This document shows, piece after piece, positions 1-11,912 of a stretch of 64,000 nucleotides of DNA. The notes beneath the pieces were generated by a model. That model saw only the letters and a program-made list of their open reading frames with translations, made no database searches and had not been told where the DNA came from. Made by a program: the position numbers and the translations under genes. Within the stretch, counting starts at the first letter, position 1, and every line of letters begins with the position of its first letter. Source of the stretch: an uncultured Spirochaetota bacterium (GTDB lineage: Bacteria > Spirochaetota > Spirochaetia > SZUA-6 > Fen-1364); contig CAWAHW010000007.1 of the NCBI GenBank assembly GCA_963781885.1, positions 224,001-288,000 of the forward strand. The letters are read 5' to 3'.

Positions 1-1
1 G

Positions 2-544
2 GTGAAGTGCAACGGCCGGCTCCTGCTGGACTCGGAGAAGGGCACGCTGGTCGGCGGGCAGATACGCGTGAGCCGCGGCGCCGCCGTGCAGAACATCGGC
101 TCGCCGGGGGGCGTGGCAACGGTCGTCTCTTTCGGTCAGGATTTCCTCGTGAAGGACCAGATCGAGCGGGAGGAGCGGGAGGTCGCTGCGCTCACGCAGA
201 AGGTCGCCGAGCTCGATGCGGAGATGTTCGTGCTGGAAAAGAAGGCCGCCGTCACCGCCTCCGCGGGACCGCTGGGCGCGCAGTCGCAGGCGGCGGCGCT
301 TCTTGTGCGTGCCCGGAGCCAGAAGCTCCAGGCGATGAAGCTCATCGAGCAGCACAAGCTGCGGCTCATCACGCTGCGTGACCGTTACGACGAGCACGTT
401 GCGTCGGAGATCGTCGTGCGCGGCACGGTGTACCCGGGCGTCGTGCTGGAGAGCCATGGGCGGCGCTGGGAGACCCGGACGGAAAAGAAGATGATCACAT
501 TGCATTTCGACCCGTCGCAGGGCAAGATCGTCGAGAAGCTTTAG
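2..544 (+). CDS. FapA/DUF342-family protein, C-terminal part (5' truncated by window)
   Basis: GGQIRV..IGSPGGVAT beta-helix-like segment, coiled coil, then IVVRGTVYPGV tail typical of DUF342 proteins. Confidence 0.7.
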   Translation: MKCNGRLLLDSEKGTLVGGQIRVSRGAAVQNIGSPGGVATVVSFGQDFLVKDQIEREEREVAALTQKVAELDAEMFVLEKKAAVTASAGPLGAQSQAAALLVRARSQKLQAMKLIEQHKLRLITLRDRYDEHVASEIVVRGTVYPGVVLESHGRRWETRTEKKMITLHFDPSQGKIVEKL

Positions 545-545
545 C

Positions 546-665
546 GCCACGGAATACCGTGGCGGCACATAATGCCACGGTATACGGTGGCCGAAATGCC
601 ACGGCGTACCGTGGCCGAAATGCCACGGCGTACCGTGGCCGAAATGCCACGGCGTACCGTGGCCG
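546..665. repeat. Tandem array of 24-bp palindromic units (AAATGCCACGGCGTACCGTGGCCG x3 perfect, plus 2 degenerate copies)
   Basis: Perfect copies at 594-617, 618-641 and 642-665; variants at 570-593 and 546-563. Each unit has a GCCACGG-N4-CCGTGGC hairpin (one mismatch in the 570-593 copy). Confidence 0.95.
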
Positions 666-674
666 GGAGGAACG

Positions 675-1703
675 ATGCTCGCTTACATAAACTTCCCCTC
701 GTGGATCCGTCCCGAGATCATACCCGGCCTCCCTATCCGGTGGTACGGGTTCATGTACCTTGTCGCCTTTGCCATCACGTACCTGCTCTTCACCTGGCAG
801 ATGAAGAAAGCGGGGATCGTGCCACCCAAGGACTCGGTGATCGACATGTTCTTCTGGGCCATCGTCGGGCTCCTGGTCGGCGCGCGGCTCTTCGCCGTGA
901 CGATCTACGATTCAAGCGGCTACTATTTCCAGCACCCTCTGCAGATCATCCTTCCCGTCTCCCGGGTGAATGGCAGGCTTACCCTGACCGGCATCGCCGG
1001 CATGTCCTACCACGGGGGTTTCGTGGGCGCCACGATCGGCATCATCACGTACCTGAAGGTGAAAAAGCTCGACGTCCTGGAGTGGGGTGACATGCTGGTG
1101 GCAGGCATCCCGCTGGGATACACCTTCGGCCGTCTGGGCAATTTCATCAACGGCGAGCTGTACGGCCGCATCACGAAGGTCTCCTGGGGCATGGTATTCC
1201 CGAACGCGGAGACATTCCCCGCGAACCAGCCGTGGGTGAAGGATTTCGCTGCCGCGGTCGGCATGCCGGTTCCGGGCGCCGGCGTCGTGAATCTCCCACG
1301 CCATCCCTCCCAGCTCTACGAGGCTTTCTTCGAGGGATTCGTGCTGTGGCTCATCCTCTGGTTCATCGTCCGCAAGCGCAAGCCGTACAAGGGCTTCGTG
1401 ATCGCCTGCTATGCCCTGGGGTACGGGGTGATCCGTTTCTTCATCGAATACGCGCGGCAGCCCGACCGCGGCATCGGCTACGGCGGCTACGGCTACCCCA
1501 TCATCCTGCAGCCGCTGGACAACTTCCTGGGCCAGTTCAGCTGGTTCAACTTCAGCACGGGCCAGATCCTGAACGTCCTCCTGATCGCGGCGGCCGTCAT
1601 CATGATGGCGGTCTTCAGCTCCATGGCGCGGAGAACGCCGGCGGGGCCCGAGCTGCCGCACCCCACGGGGCGGAAGCTCCGCAAGAAGCTGCGCCAGGGC
1701 TGA
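675..1703 (+). CDS. lgt: Prolipoprotein diacylglyceryl transferase
   Basis: IRWYG, GMSYHGG, GRLGNFINGELYGR and RHPSQLYE motifs; GGAGG RBS. Confidence 0.97.
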   Translation: MLAYINFPSWIRPEIIPGLPIRWYGFMYLVAFAITYLLFTWQMKKAGIVPPKDSVIDMFFWAIVGLLVGARLFAVTIYDSSGYYFQHPLQIILPVSRVNGRLTLTGIAGMSYHGGFVGATIGIITYLKVKKLDVLEWGDMLVAGIPLGYTFGRLGNFINGELYGRITKVSWGMVFPNAETFPANQPWVKDFAAAVGMPVPGAGVVNLPRHPSQLYEAFFEGFVLWLILWFIVRKRKPYKGFVIACYALGYGVIRFFIEYARQPDRGIGYGGYGYPIILQPLDNFLGQFSWFNFSTGQILNVLLIAAAVIMMAVFSSMARRTPAGPELPHPTGRKLRKKLRQG

Positions 1704-1726
1704 GGACCGTCCTGGGGTGACGGTGA

Positions 1727-2929
<1,203 letters not shown>

Positions 2930-2943
2930 AGGAGAGCATCGTC

Positions 2944-3921
2944 ATGGCAAAGTCCGACCTGATCGGGGGCACCCTCTGGGAGAGCTATTCGCGCAAGGTG
3001 AACGATCGGATGCTCAACCCGCGTCACCTTGGCGAGATCACCGCCGCGGACGCGGAAAAGCTGGGCGCACGGCTCGTCGTCGCCGACTGGGGCGCCGAGG
3101 TGTGCGGCGACGCCATCCGCGCTTTCTGGGCCGTGGACCCCGTGACGAGCAGGATCAAGGACGCGCGGTTCAAGACATTCGGCTGCGGCACGGCCATCGC
3201 ATCGAGCGACATGATGTGTGAGATGATCATCGGCAAGACCGTGGACGAGGCCATGAAGATCACCAATATCGACGTCGAGGCGTCCCTGCGGGACGACGTG
3301 GACACCGCCGCCATACCGCCGCAGAAGATGCACTGCAGCGTCATGGCCTACGACGTCATCCGAAAGGCCGCCGCGGAATACAAGGGCGTGGACATGGGCT
3401 CGCTGGAAGAGGAGGAGATCGTCTGCCAATGCGCGCGCGTGAGCCTGCGGACGGTGCGGGACGTCATCCGCATCAACGATCTTAAGACCGTGGAGGACAT
3501 CACCCACTACACCAAGGCGGGCGGGTTCTGCAAGTCCTGCATCCGCCCCGGCGGCCACGAGTCGCGCAAGTACTACCTGGTGGACATCCTGCGCGACGTC
3601 AGGGCCGAGATGGAGCGTGAGAAGGCGGATGCCGCCGCGGCGGCAAAGGCGCACGTCGTGCAATTCGACGCCATGAGCATCATCCAGAAGCACCGCGCCG
3701 TGGAGAAGGTGCTCGACGAGAAGGTGCGCCCGAATCTGTTGAAGGATGGAGGGAACCTCGAGGTCGTCGACATGAAGGCGCGTGACGGCGTCACGGAGGT
3801 TTACGTCAGCTATCTGGGTGCCTGCAAGGGCTGCCCGAGTGCCACGGTCGGAACACTTGGCTTTGTCGAAGATTTCCTCAAATCAGAGCTCGACCAGAGA
3901 ATCAAAGTCCTTTCAGTTTAG
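2944..3921 (+). CDS. nifU: Fe-S scaffold NifU (IscU, BFD and NfU domains)
   Basis: CGD...FGCG...KMHCS N-domain, CQC..GGFCKSC central domain, GACKGC C-domain; follows nifS. Confidence 0.93.
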   Translation: MAKSDLIGGTLWESYSRKVNDRMLNPRHLGEITAADAEKLGARLVVADWGAEVCGDAIRAFWAVDPVTSRIKDARFKTFGCGTAIASSDMMCEMIIGKTVDEAMKITNIDVEASLRDDVDTAAIPPQKMHCSVMAYDVIRKAAAEYKGVDMGSLEEEEIVCQCARVSLRTVRDVIRINDLKTVEDITHYTKAGGFCKSCIRPGGHESRKYYLVDILRDVRAEMEREKADAAAAAKAHVVQFDAMSIIQKHRAVEKVLDEKVRPNLLKDGGNLEVVDMKARDGVTEVYVSYLGACKGCPSATVGTLGFVEDFLKSELDQRIKVLSV

Positions 3922-4034
3922 CGACCGCCAGCCGGTGATTGTGCGTGCAGCCTCTGGTGCCATTGACATTTTGGATATCTTGTTCATAATGTTTCTGTGA
4001 TATAAAAAAAGTGAAGTGATTATGAGGGGGAACG

Positions 4035-4937
4035 GTGCTTCACATCGTCAACGGGCTTTACATAGTCTGCCTTTCCGGCGGAATCACCCTCATCATTTTC
4101 TCCTTTTTTACATCTGCGCGCCTTGCTTCGAACGGTTTCCGGCGTTTTGCCTATCTTTTCACGGCAGCGACACTGCTGCTGATCATTGAGGCCCTGCGAA
4201 CCTATGAGACCGCCCTGGCCATCGATAACGGTCTTCCCGGCGCGATCATCGATGCGGCCGGGTCTTTTGTCGCGAATACGCTGATTGCCTGGTTCCTTTT
4301 CCGCATCGTCCATTCCATCGTAGGGCCGCGCTTTTCCCCGGCGCGTGCCATTTCGTACGCGGTGGTGAGCGTCGTCATCGGGACATTTGGTGCGTTGAAG
4401 GAAGTCGTTCTGCCCTTCCTCTTCTGGAATATCAACTATTGCACGCTCCTGGCGCTGCATATCTACTGCGCCGTCCTTCTCTTCCGCGGTCTTGCCTCGA
4501 TTTCTCCTCCTCTCCTGCATTCCTTGATCCGCACGCTGCTCATCTTCCTGGGTGTTTTCGCGCCAATCGCGATCGCGCAGCTCGTGCTGCAGGATATGCC
4601 GGCCACGCCCCCGTTCATCCACGACTGGCCGCTGGAGGAGCTTCTCTACTATATAGGGTTTGTCGTGATTGGCTTGGTATACCTGGCAAAGCTTTTCTTG
4701 AGCCCTGACGCTGATCCAGTCCTCGCGCTGGACGAAGCGCTTCTCCGTCGCTACGGCATTTCAAAGCGGGAAGCAGACATCATCGCCATGATGATCAGGG
4801 GTCATAACAACCGCACGATCAGCGAAAAGCTCTTCATATCAGCAAGCACGGTGAAAAACCATATTTATCACATCTATCAAAAAACAGGGGTCGACAACAA
4901 GATACAGCTCCTCAATCTCATAAACCCCCCAAAATGA
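4035..4937 (+). CDS. Multi-TM membrane protein with C-terminal LuxR HTH
   Basis: About 7 hydrophobic segments, then ISKREADII..GHNNRTISEKLFISASTVKNHIYHIYQK; lower GC than flanks. Confidence 0.88.
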   Translation: MLHIVNGLYIVCLSGGITLIIFSFFTSARLASNGFRRFAYLFTAATLLLIIEALRTYETALAIDNGLPGAIIDAAGSFVANTLIAWFLFRIVHSIVGPRFSPARAISYAVVSVVIGTFGALKEVVLPFLFWNINYCTLLALHIYCAVLLFRGLASISPPLLHSLIRTLLIFLGVFAPIAIAQLVLQDMPATPPFIHDWPLEELLYYIGFVVIGLVYLAKLFLSPDADPVLALDEALLRRYGISKREADIIAMMIRGHNNRTISEKLFISASTVKNHIYHIYQKTGVDNKIQLLNLINPPK

Positions 4938-5201
4938 GACTTTTGGACTATTGCGGAAAGCTAGGGATGGGATACACTTCGAACATAAAGTCAGAACGCC
5001 AGCGGGAAGGTAATTAAAAAGTAAAGTTGAACGTGCCTCCAAGAGAAAGAAAGTAGTCCTATTGTAAAAGCGGGGTATCTTCCTGCTGGCGGTTTTTAAG
5101 TCTTCTGGCGGAAAATAAAAATCTCAAAAAAATACAGCATATTTATATAAAGTAGGTTGGCGCCTGCCGGGATAGGCTCCATCCCTCATGAGGCCCCGGC
5201 A

Positions 5202-6689
5202 CTATCCCAGGCGAAATGTCGCCGCTGCGACGCTGAGCGGGGGAAGCTTCACCGAGGCCCTCCCGGCGCGCAGGGTGAACCCGTCGAAGCTCCGCGCGCT
5301 CACCAAGTCGGGCTGCTCGAAGCTGTTCGCAGCCTTGGGCCCGGGTCCGGTGAGGATCTCCGCGCTTTCCAATGACGCGATGCGCGCGTCGGCGACATCC
5401 ACGACGACAGGCGCGGACTTGCCCGGGCTGCGGCTGACGAGGAAGACCGACAACCTGTCACCGTCCCGGATCGCGCCGGAGTCGACGAGCGGCACCGTGC
5501 CGTTCGTTTTTCCGTGCGCGACCGGACCCTCCACTGAAACGCGCAGCGCGGTTCCCTGCCGCCTCTTCGCGTACATCTCCACGGCGTGGAATGTCGACTG
5601 CACGAGCAGCCGGTCACCATCGGTGATGAGGGGCGCGATCACGTTCACGATCTGCGCGAGATTGGCGATCTTCACCACGTCTGCGTGGCGCAGGAAACAG
5701 TTCAGCCATTCGGCGACGACGAGCGCATCCTCGAGGTTGTAGACCTCTTCGAGGAGGTGGGGCGCAAAGTGGCCCTTCCCGTCCATCTGCATGTCCTTGT
5801 ACCAGACGTTCCATTCGTCGAAGCAGAGGTAGGTTCGCTTCGCGCTCCTGCGGCGCGCCCGCGCGGTCCGGCAAACGGCATCCATCTCCTCGATCTGACG
5901 GTCAATGCCCGCTCCCGCCGCCAGGTAATCCTCCGTGTCCCCGGACCTGTTGCCTTCGTAGCGGTGGAGGCTCAGGTAGTCGGCCTGATCCCCCAGGCAT
6001 TCGAGCACGACCCGGTCCCATTCCATGTACGTTGGCATCAGGGGACCGCAGCTTCCGCAGGCAATCAGCTCGATCGTCGCATCCGCGTCTTTCATCATCT
6101 TGGCCGCCTGGCGCGCGCGCAGCGCGTATTCCGGGGCAGGCACGTTGCCCAGCTGCCAGGGACCGTCCATTTCATTGCCCAGCGACCAGAGCTTCACGCC
6201 GTGCGGAGCAAGGCTCCCTGCCGCGGCGCGCATGTCGGCATAGCGCGTGCCGGCCGGACAATTGCAGTATTCCACCCAGTTGCGCGCCTCCTCGGGCGAG
6301 CCGGTGCCCAGATTGACGGCCAGCATCGGCGCGCAGGAAAGCGCCCGGCACAAGCGCATGAACTCCTCGGTGCCGAATGAGTTGGGCTCGATGCTCTGCC
6401 ACGCAAGGTCGCGCGTCGATGGCCGCTTCTCCACGGGGCCGATCCCATCCATCCAGTGATAGCCAGAAACGAAATTGCCCCCCGGGTAGCGCATTGTGGT
6501 GAAGCCGAGCTTCCGCAGCGCCTGGAGCACGTCACCGCGGAAACCGTCCTTGTCGGCATGCCTGCTGCCCGGCTCATAGACGCCCTGGTAGACGGCGCGG
6601 CCCAGGTGCTCGAGAAAGCCGCCGAAGAGCCGGGGATCGACGACACCAATGGGAAATCCCGTATGCAGGTGGATGCGCGTTGTTTCCAT
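5202..6689 (-). CDS. abfA: Alpha-L-arabinofuranosidase (GH51)
   Basis: FGGFLEHLGRAVY, RYPGGNF, LGNEMDGPWQ and FDEWNVW catalytic motifs. Confidence 0.93.
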   Translation of the reverse strand: METTRIHLHTGFPIGVVDPRLFGGFLEHLGRAVYQGVYEPGSRHADKDGFRGDVLQALRKLGFTTMRYPGGNFVSGYHWMDGIGPVEKRPSTRDLAWQSIEPNSFGTEEFMRLCRALSCAPMLAVNLGTGSPEEARNWVEYCNCPAGTRYADMRAAAGSLAPHGVKLWSLGNEMDGPWQLGNVPAPEYALRARQAAKMMKDADATIELIACGSCGPLMPTYMEWDRVVLECLGDQADYLSLHRYEGNRSGDTEDYLAAGAGIDRQIEEMDAVCRTARARRRSAKRTYLCFDEWNVWYKDMQMDGKGHFAPHLLEEVYNLEDALVVAEWLNCFLRHADVVKIANLAQIVNVIAPLITDGDRLLVQSTFHAVEMYAKRRQGTALRVSVEGPVAHGKTNGTVPLVDSGAIRDGDRLSVFLVSRSPGKSAPVVVDVADARIASLESAEILTGPGPKAANSFEQPDLVSARSFDGFTLRAGRASVKLPPLSVAAATFRLG

Positions 6690-6803
6690 GCCGCAGATTA
6701 TGTCAGCCCCGGCGCGTCCCGACAAGATTTGATTTCAACCCGGTCGAGGGCGCCTGCCGCGCATCCTTGAAGCCCCGGGCATTTGCGCGTACGCTTGTCA
6801 GTC

Positions 6804-7910
6804 ATGGCTGATACAGCAGGGCGTTCCCGGGTCATCGTCGCCGAGGCGACATATGAGACTGCCGCAACGGCGATCGAGGGTCTCATCGGGCGATTCTCCA
6901 TCGACTGGAAGGGCAAGAGCGTGCTCCTCAAGCCCAACATGCTCGCGGCATGGAAGCCCGAGCGCGCGGTGACCACGCACCCGGCCATCGTGACGGCCGT
7001 GATCGCGGCGCTGGAACGCCGCGGCGCACGCGTGATAGTCGGCGACAACCCCGGCGCTCACGAGTACGGCGATGCCGGGCGGGCAGCGGACGTGACCGGG
7101 CTTCGCGCCGCGGCAGGGGATCGTTGGGTGGACCTTGCCACGAGCCCCGTCGAGGTGGAGGTCAACTCCCGCCACTTCCCCCGGCTCGCCGTCTCCCGCG
7201 AGGTGCTGGAGGCGGATCTGATCGTGAATCTCCCGAAGCTCAAGACGCACATGCAGACCACGTTGAGCGGCGCCGTGAAGAACATGTTCGGCATCCTCGT
7301 CGGCTCGCAGAAGGCGCGGGTGCACCACGTCTGCGCGGGGATTGCCGATTTCGCCGAGGCGATCGTCGACATCTATGCCATACGGCCGCCGGCACTCTCC
7401 CTGATGGACGCTGTTGTCGGCATGGAGGGCAACGGGCCCAGCGGCGGGAAACCGCGGACGATCAACCGCATCATCGCGAGCACGCACGGCGTCGCCGTGG
7501 ACGGGGTTTTTGCGGCGATGGTCGGGATCGATCCCGATCGCGTGGGAATACTCCGCGCGGCCCGCGGCCGGGGATTGGGCGCCGTGGACGTTGCCGACAT
7601 GGACGTCGAGGGGGACATCCCGCAGCTCCACCGGTTCCAGCTCCCGATGAATGTCGTGGGGGAAGACCTCGTGAGCCGGATCTCCGCGCGGATCATGGGC
7701 CGGATGGGAAGCCCGCGCTTCCGCCTCCGCCAGGACGCCTGCACGAAGTGCGGCACGTGCGCCAAGGGCTGCCCGACGGGTGCCATCACCCTGCGCCCCT
7801 TTCCGACCTGGAACTACGAACGGTGCATCGGCTGCTACTGCTGCTACGAGCTGTGCGAGCAGAACGCGATAAGGCTGGCGGGCATGTTCTCCCGCGCGGG
7901 CAGCAGGTAG
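6804..7910 (+). CDS. DUF362 protein with C-terminal 2[4Fe-4S] ferredoxin
   Basis: LLKPN..VTTHP, NLPKLKTH, GAVKNMFG, MEGNGPS; CTKCGTC..CP and CIGCYCC..C. Confidence 0.88.
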   Translation: MADTAGRSRVIVAEATYETAATAIEGLIGRFSIDWKGKSVLLKPNMLAAWKPERAVTTHPAIVTAVIAALERRGARVIVGDNPGAHEYGDAGRAADVTGLRAAAGDRWVDLATSPVEVEVNSRHFPRLAVSREVLEADLIVNLPKLKTHMQTTLSGAVKNMFGILVGSQKARVHHVCAGIADFAEAIVDIYAIRPPALSLMDAVVGMEGNGPSGGKPRTINRIIASTHGVAVDGVFAAMVGIDPDRVGILRAARGRGLGAVDVADMDVEGDIPQLHRFQLPMNVVGEDLVSRISARIMGRMGSPRFRLRQDACTKCGTCAKGCPTGAITLRPFPTWNYERCIGCYCCYELCEQNAIRLAGMFSRAGSR

Positions 7911-7918
7911 CGCGCCCT

Positions 7919-9109
7919 TCACGCGCGGGGCAGCCCCGCCGCTTCTTCCCGGGTCATCGGCGCGGTGAAGCGATGCAGGCCGATCAGGGCGCCCGGCGCA
8001 ACCAGCGAAAATACGGCGACGATCGCGAACATCGTCCGGATGCCGAGGAGATCGGCAATGATCCCTCCGATCCAGGGACCGGTGAACATGCCGATGGCGT
8101 AGACGGCCTGGTGGATGCCCATCGCCGTATTGCGGTGCGCGGCGTCCACCTGTTGAATGGAAAGCCCGACGAGGACGGGGAATATGAGGCCGTTCGCCAG
8201 TCCCATGATCGCGGTGGAGATGAAGAGGAGCGGGATGGACGACGCGAGCGCCGCGAGGATGCCGCCAATGGCTGTCACCGTCATGCTCGCGTAGAGGATG
8301 GCGCGTCTGCCGCCCCGGTGGGCGATGAGGGTCGCGAAGAGATTCGCCGCAGTGTTGGCCGCGATGTTCGCCGTCATGATGAGACCCGTGGTAACGGGGC
8401 TTGCACCCATGCTCCGTGCCAGGAGGGGCATGAAGCCGAAAACGAGCGCCCAGACGCTGAACTGGCAGAGGGCGTTCGTGAAGGAAGGGACCAGGACGTC
8501 GCGGCGACGGAATATCGCGAGCACGGAGGACACCGTCACCTCGCCGCGCCGCGCGGCGTCCTGCCGGGGAATCCGCACGAATGCGACGATCGTGCTTGCC
8601 GCCACCGAGATGGCCGCCGCCGCGTACAGCGCGACGCGGAGGCCGCCCAAACTCTCCAGGGGACCGGTGAGGCCGGTGCCGATCATCTGGCCGAGTGACG
8701 AGCCGAAGGACAGGAGCGAAGTGGCGAAGACGGTCCGCTCCGGCGGAAAGAAACCGGCAAAGGTGGCCATCATCGGCACCCAGGCGGCTGCCGCGACACC
8801 GGTGAAGGCGCGGCCGACCGCCAGCGCGCCGACGGATTTTCCCAGCGCCATCACGATGGCCCCGATTCCCGCCATGAGAATGCCGCCGATGAGGTAGGGC
8901 TTGCTGCGGCCGGTGGCATCGGAGAGGACACCCAGCGGTATGCGGAACACGGCCATCAGGAGGCCGTACATGGAGAGCACGACGCCGATCGCCGTGAGGC
9001 TGGACGTCCGGCCGGCGACGTAGGCCGGGAGACTCGGCACGTAAGAGTAAAGGGCGACGAAAAAAAGGACGGCTGCCGTGAAAAGGGCGGCGATGCGGTT
9101 GCGGTTCAT
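7919..9109 (-). CDS. MFS transporter
   Basis: About 12 TM segments, GVLSDATGRSK motif A; start moved to MNRNRIAAL. Confidence 0.85.
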   Translation of the reverse strand: MNRNRIAALFTAAVLFFVALYSYVPSLPAYVAGRTSSLTAIGVVLSMYGLLMAVFRIPLGVLSDATGRSKPYLIGGILMAGIGAIVMALGKSVGALAVGRAFTGVAAAAWVPMMATFAGFFPPERTVFATSLLSFGSSLGQMIGTGLTGPLESLGGLRVALYAAAAISVAASTIVAFVRIPRQDAARRGEVTVSSVLAIFRRRDVLVPSFTNALCQFSVWALVFGFMPLLARSMGASPVTTGLIMTANIAANTAANLFATLIAHRGGRRAILYASMTVTAIGGILAALASSIPLLFISTAIMGLANGLIFPVLVGLSIQQVDAAHRNTAMGIHQAVYAIGMFTGPWIGGIIADLLGIRTMFAIVAVFSLVAPGALIGLHRFTAPMTREEAAGLPRA

Positions 9110-9240
9110 ATCGGGAGCGAATAGTAACGGGAAAGAGAGGCGTCGGTCCATGTGGCGTTGGCCCGCCCAGCGGTCTTCCCTGTCCGGCGCGGGGCGCGGG
9201 GTGCGGATGACGCGGGCGGGCGCGCGTGAGGCCGGCCCGT

Positions 9241-11157
9241 TCAGGCGCCGTCGCGCGCGTCCAACATCTCCCTCACTTTCCGCAGGAAATCTTCGCGGCG
9301 GAAGGGCTTGGAGAGGAACTCCCCGCCGACGGATTGCGAGACGGAATTGTCCACCGTGCTTCGCGCGTAGCCGGAGACGAGCAGCGTCTTCAGGTGCGGA
9401 AACTTCGCTTCGATTGCCCGCGCGAGCTCGCGTCCGCCCATTCGCGGCATCACCGCGTCGGTGATCACGAGGGCGAGCGTTCCCGCGCGTCGCTCGGCGA
9501 CCTGCAATCCCTTCTCCCCGTCCTCCGCCTCTTCCACCTGGTATCCGACGGACCGCAGCGCCCTGACCATGAGCATCCGCACCTCGGGATCGTCCTCCAC
9601 CACCAGAAGGGTTTCCGTCCCTCCCCGCGGCGCGGCGCGGCCGCCCTCCGGCGTCCGTGATTCTGGTACACCGTCGACGTGCGGGAGGTGGATCGAGAAG
9701 CAGGCCCCCTTCCCCGGCTCGCTCTCCACGGTGATGAAACCCCCGCATTGCTGCACGATGCCGTACACGGTGGAAAGCCCCAGCCCCGTTCCCCGTGCCC
9801 TGCGCCTTTCGTCGTGAAGAACGGGTCGAATATCAGCGGAAGGATCTCTTTCGCGATGCCGATGCCGGAGTCGCGCACCGCAATGACGGCGTAGCGCCCG
9901 GCTTTCGCCTCCGGCCGCGCCTGCGCCTCGGCCTCAGTGAGGGTGCGATTGGAGGTGGCGATCGAAAGCCGCCCGCCCGCCGGCATGGCGTCGCGCGCGT
10001 TGACGACGAGGTTCAGCAGGATCTGCTCGATCTGGTGCGGGTCGGCGCTGACCAGAGACAGGTTGCGGCAACGGGTGATCGTGAGCTCGATGTTCTCCCC
10101 GATCAGGCGCGTGAGCATCACCTCCATCGAACGAACGACGACGTTCACGTCGAGGATCGCCCTCTGGACGACCTGCTGCCGGCTCGAACGCCAGGAGCTG
10201 CTGGGTGAGCATCGCCGCGCGCCGGGCCGCATCCGCGACCTCCTGCACCATCACGCCCCCCTCCGTCTCCGGGGGCAGGCTGTCGCGCAGCAGCTCGCAA
10301 TACCCCGTGATGACGGCGAGAATGTTGTTGAAGTCATGCGCGATCCCGCCCGCCAGGCGGCCCACTGCCTCCATCTTCTGCGCCTGGACGAGCTGCGCTT
10401 CCAGCATCCGCCGCTGGGAGATGTCTTCCAGGAAGGCGGTGTACGAGTGGAGGGACAGGTCGCCGTTGAAGAGAGCATTGGCGTTGATCGAGGCCCAGAG
10501 CGTGCCGCCGTCCTTGCGGCGGAGCTGGGCCTCGAAGCCGTGGACGCTGCCGTGCGCCGCAAGGGCCTGGAAAAGCGCTGCATGCCGGGCGGGATCGGCG
10601 AAGAGCTGCCGGTCGACGTCCGCGATGCAGGCGACCAGCTCGCGCGGTGAGCTGTAGCCGAGCGCCTGGGCCAGGGAAGGGTTCGCCGTGCTGAGACCAG
10701 CGTCGCGCGTGAACTGGTAGATGCCCTCGACCGAGCACTCGAATATTTCCCGGTAGTTGTTCTCGATGTCCAGGAGGGCGGCCATGTTGTCCCGCATGTC
10801 GGTGATGTCGTACAGGGTGGCGAGCCCCGCCGGCGCTCCGTCGATTTCCAGGAACGCGCTGGTGAACTCCACCCAGCGCCCGGCGCCGCCTTTCGTCACG
10901 ATCTTGAACTCGTGACGCTTGCGGGGCGCGTCGACCGGCGGCGGTGCGAGCACCTTCTCCACGACCCGGGCGCGATGCTCGGGATGCACGAGGTCCGGGA
11001 AGCGCATGGCAAGGAGATCGCTCTGGGGGTAGCCCGTGAGGATTTCCGCGTTCCTGTTTGCAAAGACGAGTCTCTGCTCCTGGTAGATCACCACGGCGGC
11101 GGCGGTGGTCTCCGAGAGGACGCGGAACTTGTGCTCGATTTCCTGCAGGGCGGTCAT
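9241..11157 (-). CDS. PAS-PAS hybrid histidine kinase/receiver, interrupted by 2 frameshifts (~10185, ~9795)
   Basis: [22 protein letters not shown]-box, [23 protein letters not shown] and a REC domain (LVVEDD..TDAVMP) spread across three ORFs; ATGA overlap with pstB stop. Confidence 0.88.
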
Positions 11158-11912
11158 CCGAATCGGCCCGAGATGTAATCTTCGGTCCTCTTGTCCCGCG
11201 GGTTGAACAGGATCTCCTCCGTTCTTCCTATTTCCACCACCTCGCCATTCAGGAAAAACGCGATGACCTCGGAGATACGGCTCGCCTGCTGGAGGTTATG
11301 CGTGACGACGACGATCGTGTAGTTCCTCTTCAGCCCGTCGATGAGATCCTCGACCTTTGTCGTGGATACCGGGTCGAGCGCCGAGCTGGGCTCGTCCATG
11401 AGGATGACGTCCGGCTCCACGGCGAGCAGGCGCGCGATGCACAGGCGCTGCTGCTGTCCGCCCGACAGGCCCAGCGCGGGCTTGTGGAGCCGGTCCTTCA
11501 CCTCCTCCCAGAGCGCGGCGCGCCGGAGGCTCTCCTCCACGATGGCCGCGACCTCCGTCTTCTTGCGGATGCCGTGGACGCGCGGCCCGTAGGCCACGTT
11601 GTCGAAGACCGTCATGGGAAAGGGGTTGGGCTTCTGGAAGACCATGCCGATCCTCTTCCGCAGCTCGATCACGTCGCACTCGCCGTAGATGTCCGCCCCG
11701 TCGTAGAGGACGCGCCCCTCCACGGTGACCGCGGGAATCAGGTCGATCATGCGGTTGATCGTCTTCAGGAAGCTCGTCTTGCCGCATCCCGAGGGGCCGA
11801 TCAGCGCGGTCACCTGGTGGGCGAGCATCTCGATGCTCACGTGGGAGAGAGCCGCCGCATCGCCGTAGGAGAGGGAGAGGTTTTCCGTGCGAAGCTTAAC
11901 GTGACCTTCCAT
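11154..11912 (-). CDS. pstB: Phosphate ABC transporter ATPase
   Basis: [39 protein letters not shown]. Confidence 0.97.
   Translation of the reverse strand: MEGHVKLRTENLSLSYGDAAALSHVSIEMLAHQVTALIGPSGCGKTSFLKTINRMIDLIPAVTVEGRVLYDGADIYGECDVIELRKRIGMVFQKPNPFPMTVFDNVAYGPRVHGIRKKTEVAAIVEESLRRAALWEEVKDRLHKPALGLSGGQQQRLCIARLLAVEPDVILMDEPSSALDPVSTTKVEDLIDGLKRNYTIVVVTHNLQQASRISEVIAFFLNGEVVEIGRTEEILFNPRDKRTEDYISGRFG

Noticed and set aside
546-665. CRISPR array
   Set aside because: Palindromic repeats are directly adjacent with no unique spacers, and there are no cas genes in the window
572-1090. ORF with MPRRTVAE peptide repeats
   Set aside because: Translation by-product of the 24-bp repeat; overlaps lgt out of frame
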